Shown: positions 1 through 8,852 of the stretch, in pieces
Numbering within the stretch: position 1 is the first letter of the stretch
Layout: each line of letters starts with the position of its first letter
NCBI GenBank assembly: GCA_033764015.1
Contig: JANRJK010000036.1
Span: forward strand, 128,001-192,000
Reading direction: 5' to 3'
Source of the DNA: Candidatus Sumerlaeia bacterium
Lineage (GTDB): Bacteria; Sumerlaeota; Sumerlaeia; SLMS01; JANRJK01
Length of the DNA: 64,000 nucleotides
The notes under the pieces: model-generated
What the model was told of the DNA's origin: nothing
What the model saw: only the letters and a program-made list of their open reading frames with translations
Databases searched by the model: none
Program-made: the position numbers and the translations under genes

Positions 1-2
1 CG

Positions 3-1238
3 GGCTACGTGGCCGAGGCGACGCGGGAGGTGATGGGCTCGCGGCTGACGCCCGCGGACGCGCCCGAGGGGCCCGGCTCGGCGCTGCCGGAGACCTACGA
101 GGCGGCCGCCATGCGGCTGGTGTCCGAGCGGCTCCCGCGCGCCTTCAGCATCGCCCCCGGCGGCGACGCCCCGGTCCGCTCGCCAAGCGACGGACTCCCC
201 CCGGCGGTCGCATCCGAACTCCTGCAACTCCCCCCCGGACGCGACTCGGAAGTGCTCAGCAGGGTCGCGCGCGAGTGGCTCGGGGACATCACCGACCCGC
301 TCGAGACCGCCAAAGCCATCGAGCGCCGCCTCCAGCGGGAGTTCGCCTACGATCTCGACACGTCCTCCTTCAGCAACGAGCCGGACCACATCGAGCGCTT
401 CCTCCTCTCGGAGCGGCGCGGCCACTGCGAGTACTTCGCCACCTCCATGGTGCTGATGCTGCGCACCCGCGGAATCCCGTCGCGGCTCGTCACCGGGTTC
501 ATCACGGACGAGTGGAGCGGGACCGGCGGCGGCTACTTCATCATCCGCCAGGAGCACGCGCACTCCTGGGCCGAGGCGTACCTGGCCGACTACGGCTGGG
601 TCGCGTTCGACCCGACGCCCGCGGACGGCATCGGGAGCGGCCGGATCCGCGACACCTTCTACCGCGCGCTGAGCCGCTCGCTCGACGGGCTGCGCGTCGC
701 CTGGTACCGCTATGTCGTGGACTTCGACGTGCGCGACCAGCAGAAGCTGTTCTCCAGCCTCTTCGGTGGAGGCAACGTGCGGCGCGGCGCTCATTGGCTG
801 ATCCAGGCGGACGGTCAACTGAGCCGGTTGCTGCGGAGCGCCGCCAATGGGGACCGGCGCCCGCTGGGCCTCGCGATCCTGGGCGTCGCCCTCATGGTCG
901 TCGGGATCCTCCTGCTGGCGCGGCTCGCAAGGCTGATGCGCCTCGCCCGCGCCGAGTCCGGGGGCGCGGCGCGCTCCCGCGAGATCCGCGAGTACCTAGC
1001 GCTCCTCGCGTTCCTCGACCGGCTCCGGCCGCGCCCGCCGGGCGAGACGCCGCGCGAGACCGCCGCCCACTGGGCGCCGCGGATCCCCGGCGCGGAGGCG
1101 CTCGTGCCGCTCACGGAGTCGTACTACGCGGCGCGCTTCGCCGACGCCCCTTGGGACGCCGGCCATGCGAAGGCGGCCAAGACCCTGCTCGACACGTTCC
1201 GCCGCTGGCAGGCGGAGCAGAAGGCGGCGAAGCGGTGA
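3..1238 (+). CDS. Transglutaminase-like membrane protein (TgpA/DUF3488-DUF4129 type), 5'-truncated by window edge
   Basis: Motifs GHCEYFATSMVLMLR..GIPSRLVTGF, HAHSWAE and WVAFDPTP (Cys-His-Asp triad), then a TM helix and a DUF4129-like C-terminus; frame is open to the window start. Confidence 0.9.
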   Translation, partial: GYVAEATREVMGSRLTPADAPEGPGSALPETYEAAAMRLVSERLPRAFSIAPGGDAPVRSPSDGLPPAVASELLQLPPGRDSEVLSRVAREWLGDITDPLETAKAIERRLQREFAYDLDTSSFSNEPDHIERFLLSERRGHCEYFATSMVLMLRTRGIPSRLVTGFITDEWSGTGGGYFIIRQEHAHSWAEAYLADYGWVAFDPTPADGIGSGRIRDTFYRALSRSLDGLRVAWYRYVVDFDVRDQQKLFSSLFGGGNVRRGAHWLIQADGQLSRLLRSAANGDRRPLGLAILGVALMVVGILLLARLARLMRLARAESGGAARSREIREYLALLAFLDRLRPRPPGETPRETAAHWAPRIPGAEALVPLTESYYAARFADAPWDAGHAKAAKTLLDTFRRWQAEQKAAKR

Positions 1239-1801
1239 CCCGCACGCTCGACCCGGCGGGCTATCCGCGCGAGTACCTGGCCTTCATGGAGCAGTTCAAC
1301 GCGGGCGCGTTCTTCGAGGCGCACGAGGTGCTGGAGGACCTGTGGGTCGTCGAGGTGCCGCCGCTCCGCGAGTACTACAAGGGCCTCATCATGGCGGCGG
1401 TCGCGGTCTGCCATTGGCAACGCGGGCGGCCGTCCCCCGCGTGGCGCCTCTGGCGCGACGCGCGCCCGCGCCTCGCCGCCGTCCCGAAGCGGTTCGAGGG
1501 CTTCGACGTGCACGGGTTCATCGCGGCGATGGATGCGCTCTTCGAACCGATCCGCGACGGGCGGGACGAAGCGTGGACGCCCGCGATGTCGCCGCTCATC
1601 CCGCGCCTTCAGGTCGACCCGGCGCACTCCGCGGCGGGAGCCGGCGGCTCCGCGGCGGGAGCCGGCGGCTCCCCCGGCACGGGAGCGGCGGAAGCCGGCG
1701 CCTCCTCCGACGCGGGAGCGGCGGACGCGTCGGGGAACAGGGAGATGCGCTCGACCGAGACCGTGCATTCCAAGCCGAGCGACTTCCCGAAGCAGACGTA
1801 G
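1235..1801 (+). CDS. DUF309 family protein
   Basis: GTG overlaps the upstream TGA (GTGA); FNAGAFFEAHEVLEDLW...YKGLI.AAVA..H motif; low-complexity C-terminal tail overlaps the convergent gene. Confidence 0.85.
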   Translation: MTRTLDPAGYPREYLAFMEQFNAGAFFEAHEVLEDLWVVEVPPLREYYKGLIMAAVAVCHWQRGRPSPAWRLWRDARPRLAAVPKRFEGFDVHGFIAAMDALFEPIRDGRDEAWTPAMSPLIPRLQVDPAHSAAGAGGSAAGAGGSPGTGAAEAGASSDAGAADASGNREMRSTETVHSKPSDFPKQT

Positions 1802-2211
1802 TCGCCGTCGGCGTCGGGGACGTACAGGTAGGCGAGGTCGTACTCTTCGCGCTCCCACCCGCCGCCGGCGCGAAGCTCCAGCTCGGGGGCGGCGGGGAAG
1901 GAGGAGGCGTGCACTCCTTCCCGGGTCGCCATCAGGACCCGCGACTCCAGCTCGATCTCGAACCAGTCGCGGTGCGTGAGGTCGCAGGTGATCGCGGCCA
2001 TGCGCACCTCGCGCAGTTCCACGATGTCCCCGTCGCACTGCGAGCAGTAGGAGACGACGAAGAACGTCCGGCTCTCCGGGTCCCGGGGAAGCTGGACGAG
2101 ATGCGCGAGCGCTTCGGCCGCCTGGCCGGAGTCGAGCACCTGTAGTTGGTCCGCCCGGGACGTGGCGGGGAACAGCGCGAGAAGGGCTGCGGCGAGGAAG
2201 GGGCGGATCAT
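1609..2211 (-). CDS. Hypothetical secreted protein with CxxC
   Basis: Signal peptide MIRPFLAAALLALFPATSRA, AGGAG RBS, YCSQC motif and DLAYLYVP...CFGKSLGLEC. Confidence 0.65.
   Translation of the reverse strand: MIRPFLAAALLALFPATSRADQLQVLDSGQAAEALAHLVQLPRDPESRTFFVVSYCSQCDGDIVELREVRMAAITCDLTHRDWFEIELESRVLMATREGVHASSFPAAPELELRAGGGWEREEYDLAYLYVPDADGDYVCFGKSLGLECTVSVERISLFPDASAAPASEEAPASAAPVPGEPPAPAAEPPAPAAECAGST
1627..1672. repeat. 21-bp tandem repeat (ctccgcggcgggagccggcgg x2 plus partial)
   Basis: Exact duplication at 1627-1647 and 1648-1668, inside the overlap of two convergent ORFs. Confidence 0.85.
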
Positions 2212-2345
2212 GTCGTTCGACTCCTAGGGGGCGGTTGGGGGATTGTCCACGCCAACGACGCGGGGGCGCACAACCGCAAGCGGAGTCGCGGCACAAAGTG
2301 TGTTCCCTGTCCGACATGAACCCGATCGGGACGAAAGGAACGGCG

Positions 2346-3083
2346 ATGGAAGACGGCAAGGTGGCACTGATCACCGGTGGCAGTGGAGGGATCGGATCCG
2401 CCGCGGCGCGCAGGCTCGCGGCGGCGGGCTGGCGGCTCGCGCTCGCGGCGCGCGGGGCGGAGCGCCTCGAGGCGGTGGCGGCGGAGACCGGCGCGCTCGC
2501 CATCACCGCCGACGCGACGCGGTCCGCCGACGTGGACCGCGCTGCGCAGGCGACGGTGGAGCGCTACGGGCGCCTCGACGCCGCGGTGCATTGCGTGGGA
2601 TCGATCCTGCTCAAGTCGGCCCACATCACGAGCGACGAGGAGTTCGCGGACACGATCCAGCGCAACCTGGCCTCGGCGTTCTACCTGCTGCGGGCGGCGG
2701 CGAAGGCGATGCGCAAAGACGGCGGCGCGATCGTGCTGATGTCGTCGTCCGCGGGGCGCATCGGGCTGCCGAACCACGAAGCGATCGCGGCCGCCAAGGC
2801 CGGCATCATCGGCATGGCGCAGTCCGCCGCCGCGTCCTACGCCGCCAACCGGATCCGCGTGAACTGCGTGGCTCCGGGCCTTGTCGACACCGCCATGGCG
2901 GAGCGCATCGTCGGGAACGAGGCGAGCCTGAAGGCCTCGCAAGCGATGCATCCGCTGGGCCGGATCGGACAGCCGGACGAGGTGGCGGCGGTGATCGAGT
3001 GGCTGGTGGGCGAAAACGGAAGTTGGGTGACCGGCCAGACCATCGGCATCGATGGCGGGCTGTCGACGGTGAAGGCGCGATGA
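2346..3083 (+). CDS. SDR family NAD(P)-dependent oxidoreductase
   Basis: TGGSGGIG Rossmann motif, RIRVNCVAPG, PLGRIGQPDEVA, TGQTIGIDGG; AAAGGAA RBS; YxxxK appears as IAAAK. Confidence 0.92.
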   Translation: MEDGKVALITGGSGGIGSAAARRLAAAGWRLALAARGAERLEAVAAETGALAITADATRSADVDRAAQATVERYGRLDAAVHCVGSILLKSAHITSDEEFADTIQRNLASAFYLLRAAAKAMRKDGGAIVLMSSSAGRIGLPNHEAIAAAKAGIIGMAQSAAASYAANRIRVNCVAPGLVDTAMAERIVGNEASLKASQAMHPLGRIGQPDEVAAVIEWLVGENGSWVTGQTIGIDGGLSTVKAR

Positions 3084-3086
3084 CGT

Positions 3087-3125
3087 GAAAACGGGGCCGG
3101 GGCGCGAACTGCCGCCCCGGCCCCG
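3087..3125 (-). terminator. Intrinsic terminator for the rne operon (possibly bidirectional)
   Basis: 13-bp stem cggggccggggcg / cgccccggccccg (3092-3104, 3113-3125) followed by T5 on the minus strand, between convergent genes. Confidence 0.8.
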
Positions 3126-3144
3126 GCTCGTCATGGGAGGGTTC

Positions 3145-3285
3145 CTACAGGAGCTTGGTGACGAAGAGCGCGATGGTGGAGATGATCGAGGCGCCGACGC
3201 CCACCACGAAGGCGAGCGTGAGCCCCGAGTAGTCGCGTTCCTCGCGGCGCTGCATCTCTTCGCGGGTTTTCTTGGCCTGGCTCAT
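3145..3285 (-). CDS. Small single-pass membrane protein, 46 aa (MSQAKKTREEMQRREERDYSGLTLAFVVGVGASIISTIALFVTKLL)
   Basis: Not in the ORF track; ATG 3 nt after the rne stop, AAGGAA RBS, host-like GC3 codon usage, one hydrophobic helix. Confidence 0.75.
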   Translation of the reverse strand: MSQAKKTREEMQRREERDYSGLTLAFVVGVGASIISTIALFVTKLL

Positions 3286-3288
3286 CGG

Positions 3289-6200
3289 TTAGCTTTCCTT
3301 CTTCGTGGTCTTGCGCGCCGGGGCGGCCTTCGGCTTGGCGGCCTTGGCGGCTTCCGCGGGCTTGGCGGTCTTCTTGGCTGGGGCCTTAGCGGCCTTGGCC
3401 GAAGTCGCCGAATCGCTAGCGGATTCGTCGCCCTTCTTCGCCTTCGGGGTCGAGGCCGATTTCGCGGCGGCCTTCTTCGCGGGTGCCGCGGCGACGGTCT
3501 TCGCCTTCGCCACCGGCGTCTCTTCCTTGACGGGCTTCGCCGCCTTGGCGGTCCGCTTCGGCTTCGGGGCCTCGGCCTCGAGGGGCTTGGGCTCCTCGAC
3601 CACGGGCTTGGGCGGCTCTGGGGCGGGGGCTTGCTTCGCCGCCTTCGGGGCCGCGACAGCGGCGGCCTTGGCGCGGCGGGCGGGCTTCTTGGGCTCCGGT
3701 GCCGGGGCTGTTTCCGGTGCCTCGGGTTCGGCGACGGCTACCTTCGCGGGCACAGTCGCCGGAGGCGGTGCGGCCAGCGACACGGTCGGCTGCGCCGGTG
3801 CGGGTGCGGGTTCCGGCGCGGGGGCCGGAGCCGAGGCGGCCGGTTCCTGCGGCGCGGGGGTCGGCGGAGCCTGGTTCTTCGGCGGCGGGGGCCAGATCTG
3901 CACCAGCCGGGTGGAACCCTGCTTCGGCGGCAGCGTGATCGTCGGCAGCAGGTTCAGCAGCGACGGCTTGGCCGGAGCCGGTTCCGCGGGCTTCGCGGCG
4001 ACGGCCTCCTTGGGCTTGCCGGCGGGCGCCGCCGGGGCGGGGACCGGCTGCTTCGCGGGCGGGGCCGGAGCGGCCTGCTTGGCGGGCGGGGCGGAAGCCG
4101 CGATGAGCGGGAGCTTCCCGAGCGGGGGCGGGGGCGCGGCGAGCGAGGCGGTCGGCTTCGCCAACTCCTCGGGGATCTCGATCACCTCGACCGTCGTGGG
4201 GAGCGACTCCTCCTCGTCCTCCTCGTCCTCGAAGGAGTCCTCGGCGGGCTCCTCGTTGGCGAGGGCCGCGGGGCGTGCGTCGGGCGCCTGCTCGCCATCG
4301 CGCTGGGCGCGGCGGCGGCGTCCTCCGCGGGAGCCGCGGCGGCGGCGGCGCCGTCCTTCGCCCTGGGCATCGCCGTCACCCTGCGGCGCTGCGGGGGCCC
4401 CAGTGGAGGCGTCCCGGTCGTCGCCATCGGCGTCGTCGTAGGCCCCATCCGAATCCTCGGGTTCGAAAGCGCCTTCGGTGAAGTCGGCATCCTGCGGCGC
4501 CTTGGCGGCGCCAGCGGGCTGCGCACCCTCGACCCGGTCGCGTCCGCCACGGCGGCGGCGGCGGCGGCGGCGGCGTGTGCCGCCGTCCTCGCTTTGGGCG
4601 GGGCGGGCGCCGGTGGTCGTCGTCTCCTCGTCGCCGTCTTCGTCGTCGGCGGCGCGCTCCACGCGGGTGAAGCGTCCGGCCTGGATCGGTTCGTCGATGG
4701 CCTTGGGATCGAAGCGCGCGCCGTTGGTGGCCGCGGGGGCGGAGGCGGCGACCTCGGGCATGTCCGACTCCGGCGTGCCGACCGGGCGGATGTCCCGCTC
4801 CGTGTCCGCGTCGGGGAGAAGGTGCGAATCCGCGCGCACCCCGACCACGCGGTGGTAGGCGTCCGTGAGGCGCTTCACCGGCTGGATGGAGAAGTGCTCG
4901 ATGTGGTAGTCGAGGTCGGCGCGGAGGATCAGCTCCGTGTTCCCCTTGCCGAGGAGCCGTTCGAGCATCTGCTCGTACTTGTCGCGCAGGAGCGTGGCGA
5001 AGTGCGGGTGGGCCGTCACGACGATGGCGCTGTAGGGGCGTCCGGCGTCGGCGACGAGCGTCTTCAGTTCGTACTTGAGCTTGCGAAGCAACTGGTCCGG
5101 CTTGAGCACCTTGCCGCTGCCCTGGCAGTAGGGGCACAACTCGAAGACGTGCTTCTGCAGGCTCATCTTCTGGCGTTTGCGGGTGATCGTGAGGATGCCG
5201 AACTCGCCGAGGCGCCCGACGCTCATCTTGGCGCGGTCGCGCTTGAGCTGGCGCGCCATCTCGTCCGCGACCGCGTTCTGGTTGTCGCGGCTCAGCATGT
5301 CGATGAAGTCGACGACGATGATGCCGCCGATGTCGCGCAGCCGGATCTGCTGGGCGATGGTGCGGCAGGCTTCCATGTTCGTCTTGAAGGAGGTCTTCTC
5401 CTGCTCCTTCGAGCCGGTGAAGCGTCCGGTGTTCACGTCGATGGCGGTGAGCGCTTCGTTCTCGTCGATGACGAGGAAGCCGCCGCTCTTGAGCCAGACC
5501 TTGCGCGAGAGGGCGCGCTGGATGTGCTTCTCGACGTCGTAGGCGTCGAAGATGTTCTCCGGGCCCTTGTAGAGCGTCACGGAGTCGACGAGGTCCGGGG
5601 CGTAGTCCTCGAGCTGGGCGCGGACCGTTTCGAAGTCGTCCTGTGAGTCCACGAGGATCTCATCGACGTCCGGCGCCATGGCGTCGCGCACGAGGCGCCC
5701 CACGATGTCGTGCTCGTTGAAGATGAGCCCCGGCTTCCCCATCGCCCGGTAGCGCTCGACGATCTGCCCCCAGACCGAGACGAGGTACTCGACGTCCTGC
5801 TGGATCGCCTCCTCGGGCTGGCTGACGCCCGCGGTGCGGACGATGAAGGAGCAGTCCTCGTTGCGGATCTTGGCGAGGAGCTTCTTGAGTTTGTAGCGGT
5901 CTTCGCCCATCGCGATCTTTCGCGAGACGCCGCCCTGCTGGCTCGGGAAGGGGAGGAGGACCAGGTAGCGCCCCGGGATGGAGATGTTGGCGCTGACGCG
6001 GGGCGCCTTGCCGCCGATCTCCTCCTTGACGACTTGGACGATCAGGTGGTCGCCGGCCTTTACGGGGGGCTCGGCCTGGCCCTTGGAGACGTCCTGCCGG
6101 GGGCGGCGCCCGGGGCGGATGATCTGCCCGGGGATGCCCTTTTCGGCGGCGGCGCGCATGGAGGCGTAGGGGTCGTCGCCCTCGTCGATGACGAGGGACT

Positions 6201-6426
6201 CGGCCCGGATGTCCATGAAGTGGATGAAGACGTTGCGTTCGAGGCCGCAGTCGACGAAGGCGGCTTGGAGGCCGGGCTTAACGTCCTTGACGACGCCGCG
6301 ATAGATGTTACCGACGATCGACTTCTCGGCGACCGGTTCGGTGTGGAGCTCAGCGAGGTCTTCGCCCTCGAGGAACGCCACCCGTACCTCGCACTCCTCC
6401 CGGTTGATGAGGATGCGCTTTTCCAT
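3289..6426 (-). CDS. rne: Ribonuclease E (Rne/Rng family) with long disordered C-terminal scaffold
   Basis: VGNIYRGVV S1 domain, QAAFVD, AIDVNTG, RLRDIGGIIVVDFIDM, CPYCQG Zn-link; Arg-rich, Pro-rich and Ala/Lys-rich tail. Confidence 0.95.
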   Translation of the reverse strand: MEKRILINREECEVRVAFLEGEDLAELHTEPVAEKSIVGNIYRGVVKDVKPGLQAAFVDCGLERNVFIHFMDIRAESLVIDEGDDPYASMRAAAEKGIPGQIIRPGRRPRQDVSKGQAEPPVKAGDHLIVQVVKEEIGGKAPRVSANISIPGRYLVLLPFPSQQGGVSRKIAMGEDRYKLKKLLAKIRNEDCSFIVRTAGVSQPEEAIQQDVEYLVSVWGQIVERYRAMGKPGLIFNEHDIVGRLVRDAMAPDVDEILVDSQDDFETVRAQLEDYAPDLVDSVTLYKGPENIFDAYDVEKHIQRALSRKVWLKSGGFLVIDENEALTAIDVNTGRFTGSKEQEKTSFKTNMEACRTIAQQIRLRDIGGIIVVDFIDMLSRDNQNAVADEMARQLKRDRAKMSVGRLGEFGILTITRKRQKMSLQKHVFELCPYCQGSGKVLKPDQLLRKLKYELKTLVADAGRPYSAIVVTAHPHFATLLRDKYEQMLERLLGKGNTELILRADLDYHIEHFSIQPVKRLTDAYHRVVGVRADSHLLPDADTERDIRPVGTPESDMPEVAASAPAATNGARFDPKAIDEPIQAGRFTRVERAADDEDGDEETTTTGARPAQSEDGGTRRRRRRRRRGGRDRVEGAQPAGAAKAPQDADFTEGAFEPEDSDGAYDDADGDDRDASTGAPAAPQGDGDAQGEGRRRRRRGSRGGRRRRAQRDGEQAPDARPAALANEEPAEDSFEDEEDEEESLPTTVEVIEIPEELAKPTASLAAPPPPLGKLPLIAASAPPAKQAAPAPPAKQPVPAPAAPAGKPKEAVAAKPAEPAPAKPSLLNLLPTITLPPKQGSTRLVQIWPPPPKNQAPPTPAPQEPAASAPAPAPEPAPAPAQPTVSLAAPPPATVPAKVAVAEPEAPETAPAPEPKKPARRAKAAAVAAPKAAKQAPAPEPPKPVVEEPKPLEAEAPKPKRTAKAAKPVKEETPVAKAKTVAAAPAKKAAAKSASTPKAKKGDESASDSATSAKAAKAPAKKTAKPAEAAKAAKPKAAPARKTTKKES

Positions 6427-6878
6427 GGGTGTCGGCTTTCGGAAGCTTGTTCGGGGAATGGCCGCAGTCGGGCGCAGCGGTTCCATTGCTGGAACTCGCG
6501 CGGGCCGAGCGGCAGGGTGTTGAGGGAGTTCCAGGGCGCGAGCGGCCGTTCATCGAGCGCTCAATCCCCGCCGGTCGCGGAGCGCCCCGCCGAAGGTTCG
6601 GCGGGCGTCGTTGCGCGGTCGGGGGTGAGGTAGTTGCGGCTCGGGATCACACGCTCGGTCTCTTCTGGTTCTCGGGACAATAGGTTGGCGTAGCGGTGGG
6701 TCGAGCAGGCAACCGGATTCTCTCCGAAGCTGTGAGAAAAATCGCCGTGCGCCGTCCGGCTTCGCAGGTTGACACCCGGGGGCACGGCGATTGCACTGGT
6801 TCGCCTGCCCGGGGGGGCCACATAACCGGGCAGTGCACCACGACTGCATCTCAACGTTTCGAGTTCCCCGGTTTTCGC

Positions 6879-8822
6879 ATGGAAAAACGCTGGATCGCTT
6901 TCCTCGCGCTTAGCGCGGTCGCATATCTCTTGTATTACCAACACCTTAGCAAGAAGGTCGAGGCGTACAAGGCCGAGCAGGCGCGCATCAGCGCCGAGCA
7001 GTCCGCCTCCGCGGCGGGCCCGGACGGCGTTGCTGTGGCCGACGATTCGGACACGTCGCCAACGGCACCGGTCCGGCGTCCGGAGCTGACGGCCGCCGAC
7101 ACCTCGGAGACCTCGCCGGACGAGGCGGAGCCCGCGGAGCCGACCGAGACGCTCGCCTCCGCTCCCCGCACGACGGTCGAAACTCGGACCATGAGGGTCG
7201 TATTCTCCCACCTCGGCGGGAAGCCCGTTTCCTGGGAGCTGCTTCCGAACGAGGTCGTCATCAACAAGTCCGCCGAAAATCCGGACCGGCAGTATCCGCT
7301 CGAACTCATCCCGCAGGTGGGCGACCTCGAGCGCCGCGAATACCCGTTCGAACTGGTCGGCGGGCGGACGAACCGCTTCAACACGATGATGTTCGACGCC
7401 GAGCTTTCCGAGTCGAACGGCACGCGGGTGCTCCGCCTCGCCTCCGTCGCCTCGCTTGACGGCCTGCGGATCGTGAAGACCTTCCGTTTCCCCCAGGATG
7501 GCTACGCGGTCCGCGCCGAGGTCGAGTACCTGAACGAGTCGGAGGCCGGCTTCCGCCTGGCGGGGAACGGTATCGGGCTCGGGACCGGGTGGTTCGGCGG
7601 CTTCGGCAACCCGGAGGTCGCCGACCGCGTCCATGGGCGCGAGATGGCCGTGGCCGCCGTGGGGGGGCAGCTCCTGTCGAAGTCGCTCTCGGCGGACTCC
7701 GCGCCGCTCGAGTACTCGGGCGCCATCGGCTGGGTCGGCGTGGACCGCAAGTTTTTCGCGGCGCTGCTCGTGCCGGACGCGGACCAGCAACTCGTGGTGG
7801 CGCGCAGCTACGTCTCCCCGAAGAACTTCTCCGAGGAGTACCGCGTCCGCGGCGTCCCGCCGCCGCACTCGGTCGAGGTGTTAGCCGCCAACCGCGTGCT
7901 GGAAGCCGCTTCGTCGCTGACGCTTGGGTACAACCTGTTCGTGGGGCCATTGAGCCTCGATGTGCTGAAGGCGTCGCCGATCACGGTGGCGGAAGGGGTC
8001 GCGCCGCTGACGGAGGCCGCCTTCCACACGCTGCCGTGGGGCTTCGGGTGGGTGCGGCCGGTGTCGCTGGTGCTGCTCGACCTGCTCCTCTGGCTGCAGG
8101 ATTCCATCGTGAACTGGGGGCTCTGCATCATCCTGCTGACGGTGCTGGTGAAGACCGCGGTGTACCCGCTGACGCACTGGGCGATGAAGAACCAGGCGCG
8201 CACGATGTACGAGCAGCAGAAGATCAAGCCCGAGATGGACAAGGTGATGAAGAAGTTCGACAAGGATCCGCGGGCGCGGAACCTGGCCGTGATGGAGCTC
8301 TACCGCGAGCACGGCGTGAGTCCGCTAGGGCCGCTCCGCGGCTGCCTGCCGATGCTGATGCAGATGCCGATTTTCGTCGGCCTGTACGTGCTGTTCGACC
8401 AGGCGGTCGAGCTGCGGGGGCAGGAGTTCCTCTGGATCAGCGACCTGAGCCAGCCGGACCGGCTGTTCTCCTGGGGCTTCAGCCTGCCGATGCTCGGGGC
8501 CTACTTCAACATCCTGCCGATCCTGATGGCGCTCACGCAGTGGCTCTCGATGCGCATGATGCAGATGCCCAGCTCGGACGAGATGCAGCAGCAGATCCAG
8601 AAGCAGATGATGACGCTGATGCCGATCTTCTTCGGCTTCCTGCTCTACCAGATGCCCTCGGGCCTGATGCTGTACTGGGTCGTGAGCAACACCTGGGCGA
8701 TCGGCCAGTCGTACGCGACCAAGAAGATCGTCGCGAAGCACCAGCAGGAGATGGAGCGGCGCGAGCAGGCCAAGGCCGCCCCGCCTCCGGCCGCGCGCCC
8801 CGCGGGCCGCGGCTCCCGATGA
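6879..8822 (+). CDS. yidC: Membrane protein insertase YidC
   Basis: N-terminal TM, large periplasmic domain, NWGLCIILLTVLVK, GCLPMLMQMPIF, FLWISDLSQPD, PSGLMLYWVVSN. Confidence 0.97.
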   Translation: MEKRWIAFLALSAVAYLLYYQHLSKKVEAYKAEQARISAEQSASAAGPDGVAVADDSDTSPTAPVRRPELTAADTSETSPDEAEPAEPTETLASAPRTTVETRTMRVVFSHLGGKPVSWELLPNEVVINKSAENPDRQYPLELIPQVGDLERREYPFELVGGRTNRFNTMMFDAELSESNGTRVLRLASVASLDGLRIVKTFRFPQDGYAVRAEVEYLNESEAGFRLAGNGIGLGTGWFGGFGNPEVADRVHGREMAVAAVGGQLLSKSLSADSAPLEYSGAIGWVGVDRKFFAALLVPDADQQLVVARSYVSPKNFSEEYRVRGVPPPHSVEVLAANRVLEAASSLTLGYNLFVGPLSLDVLKASPITVAEGVAPLTEAAFHTLPWGFGWVRPVSLVLLDLLLWLQDSIVNWGLCIILLTVLVKTAVYPLTHWAMKNQARTMYEQQKIKPEMDKVMKKFDKDPRARNLAVMELYREHGVSPLGPLRGCLPMLMQMPIFVGLYVLFDQAVELRGQEFLWISDLSQPDRLFSWGFSLPMLGAYFNILPILMALTQWLSMRMMQMPSSDEMQQQIQKQMMTLMPIFFGFLLYQMPSGLMLYWVVSNTWAIGQSYATKKIVAKHQQEMERREQAKAAPPPAARPAGRGSR

Positions 8823-8852
8823 ATTGACGACATCCCGCAAGGAATCCCGGAT

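Noticed and set aside
3085..5646. Long antisense or alternative-frame ORFs (e.g. 3085-5646, 8325-11159, 26334-29111, 33854-36607, 47105-49879, 54466-56691)
   Set aside because: Shadow ORFs typical of high-GC DNA; they lie opposite well-supported genes and have no family motifs
8824..8852. TTGACG-17-CCGGAT promoter-like match before jag
   Set aside because: It abuts the ATG, so the TSS would fall inside the CDS; probably chance, and jag is likely co-transcribed with yidC
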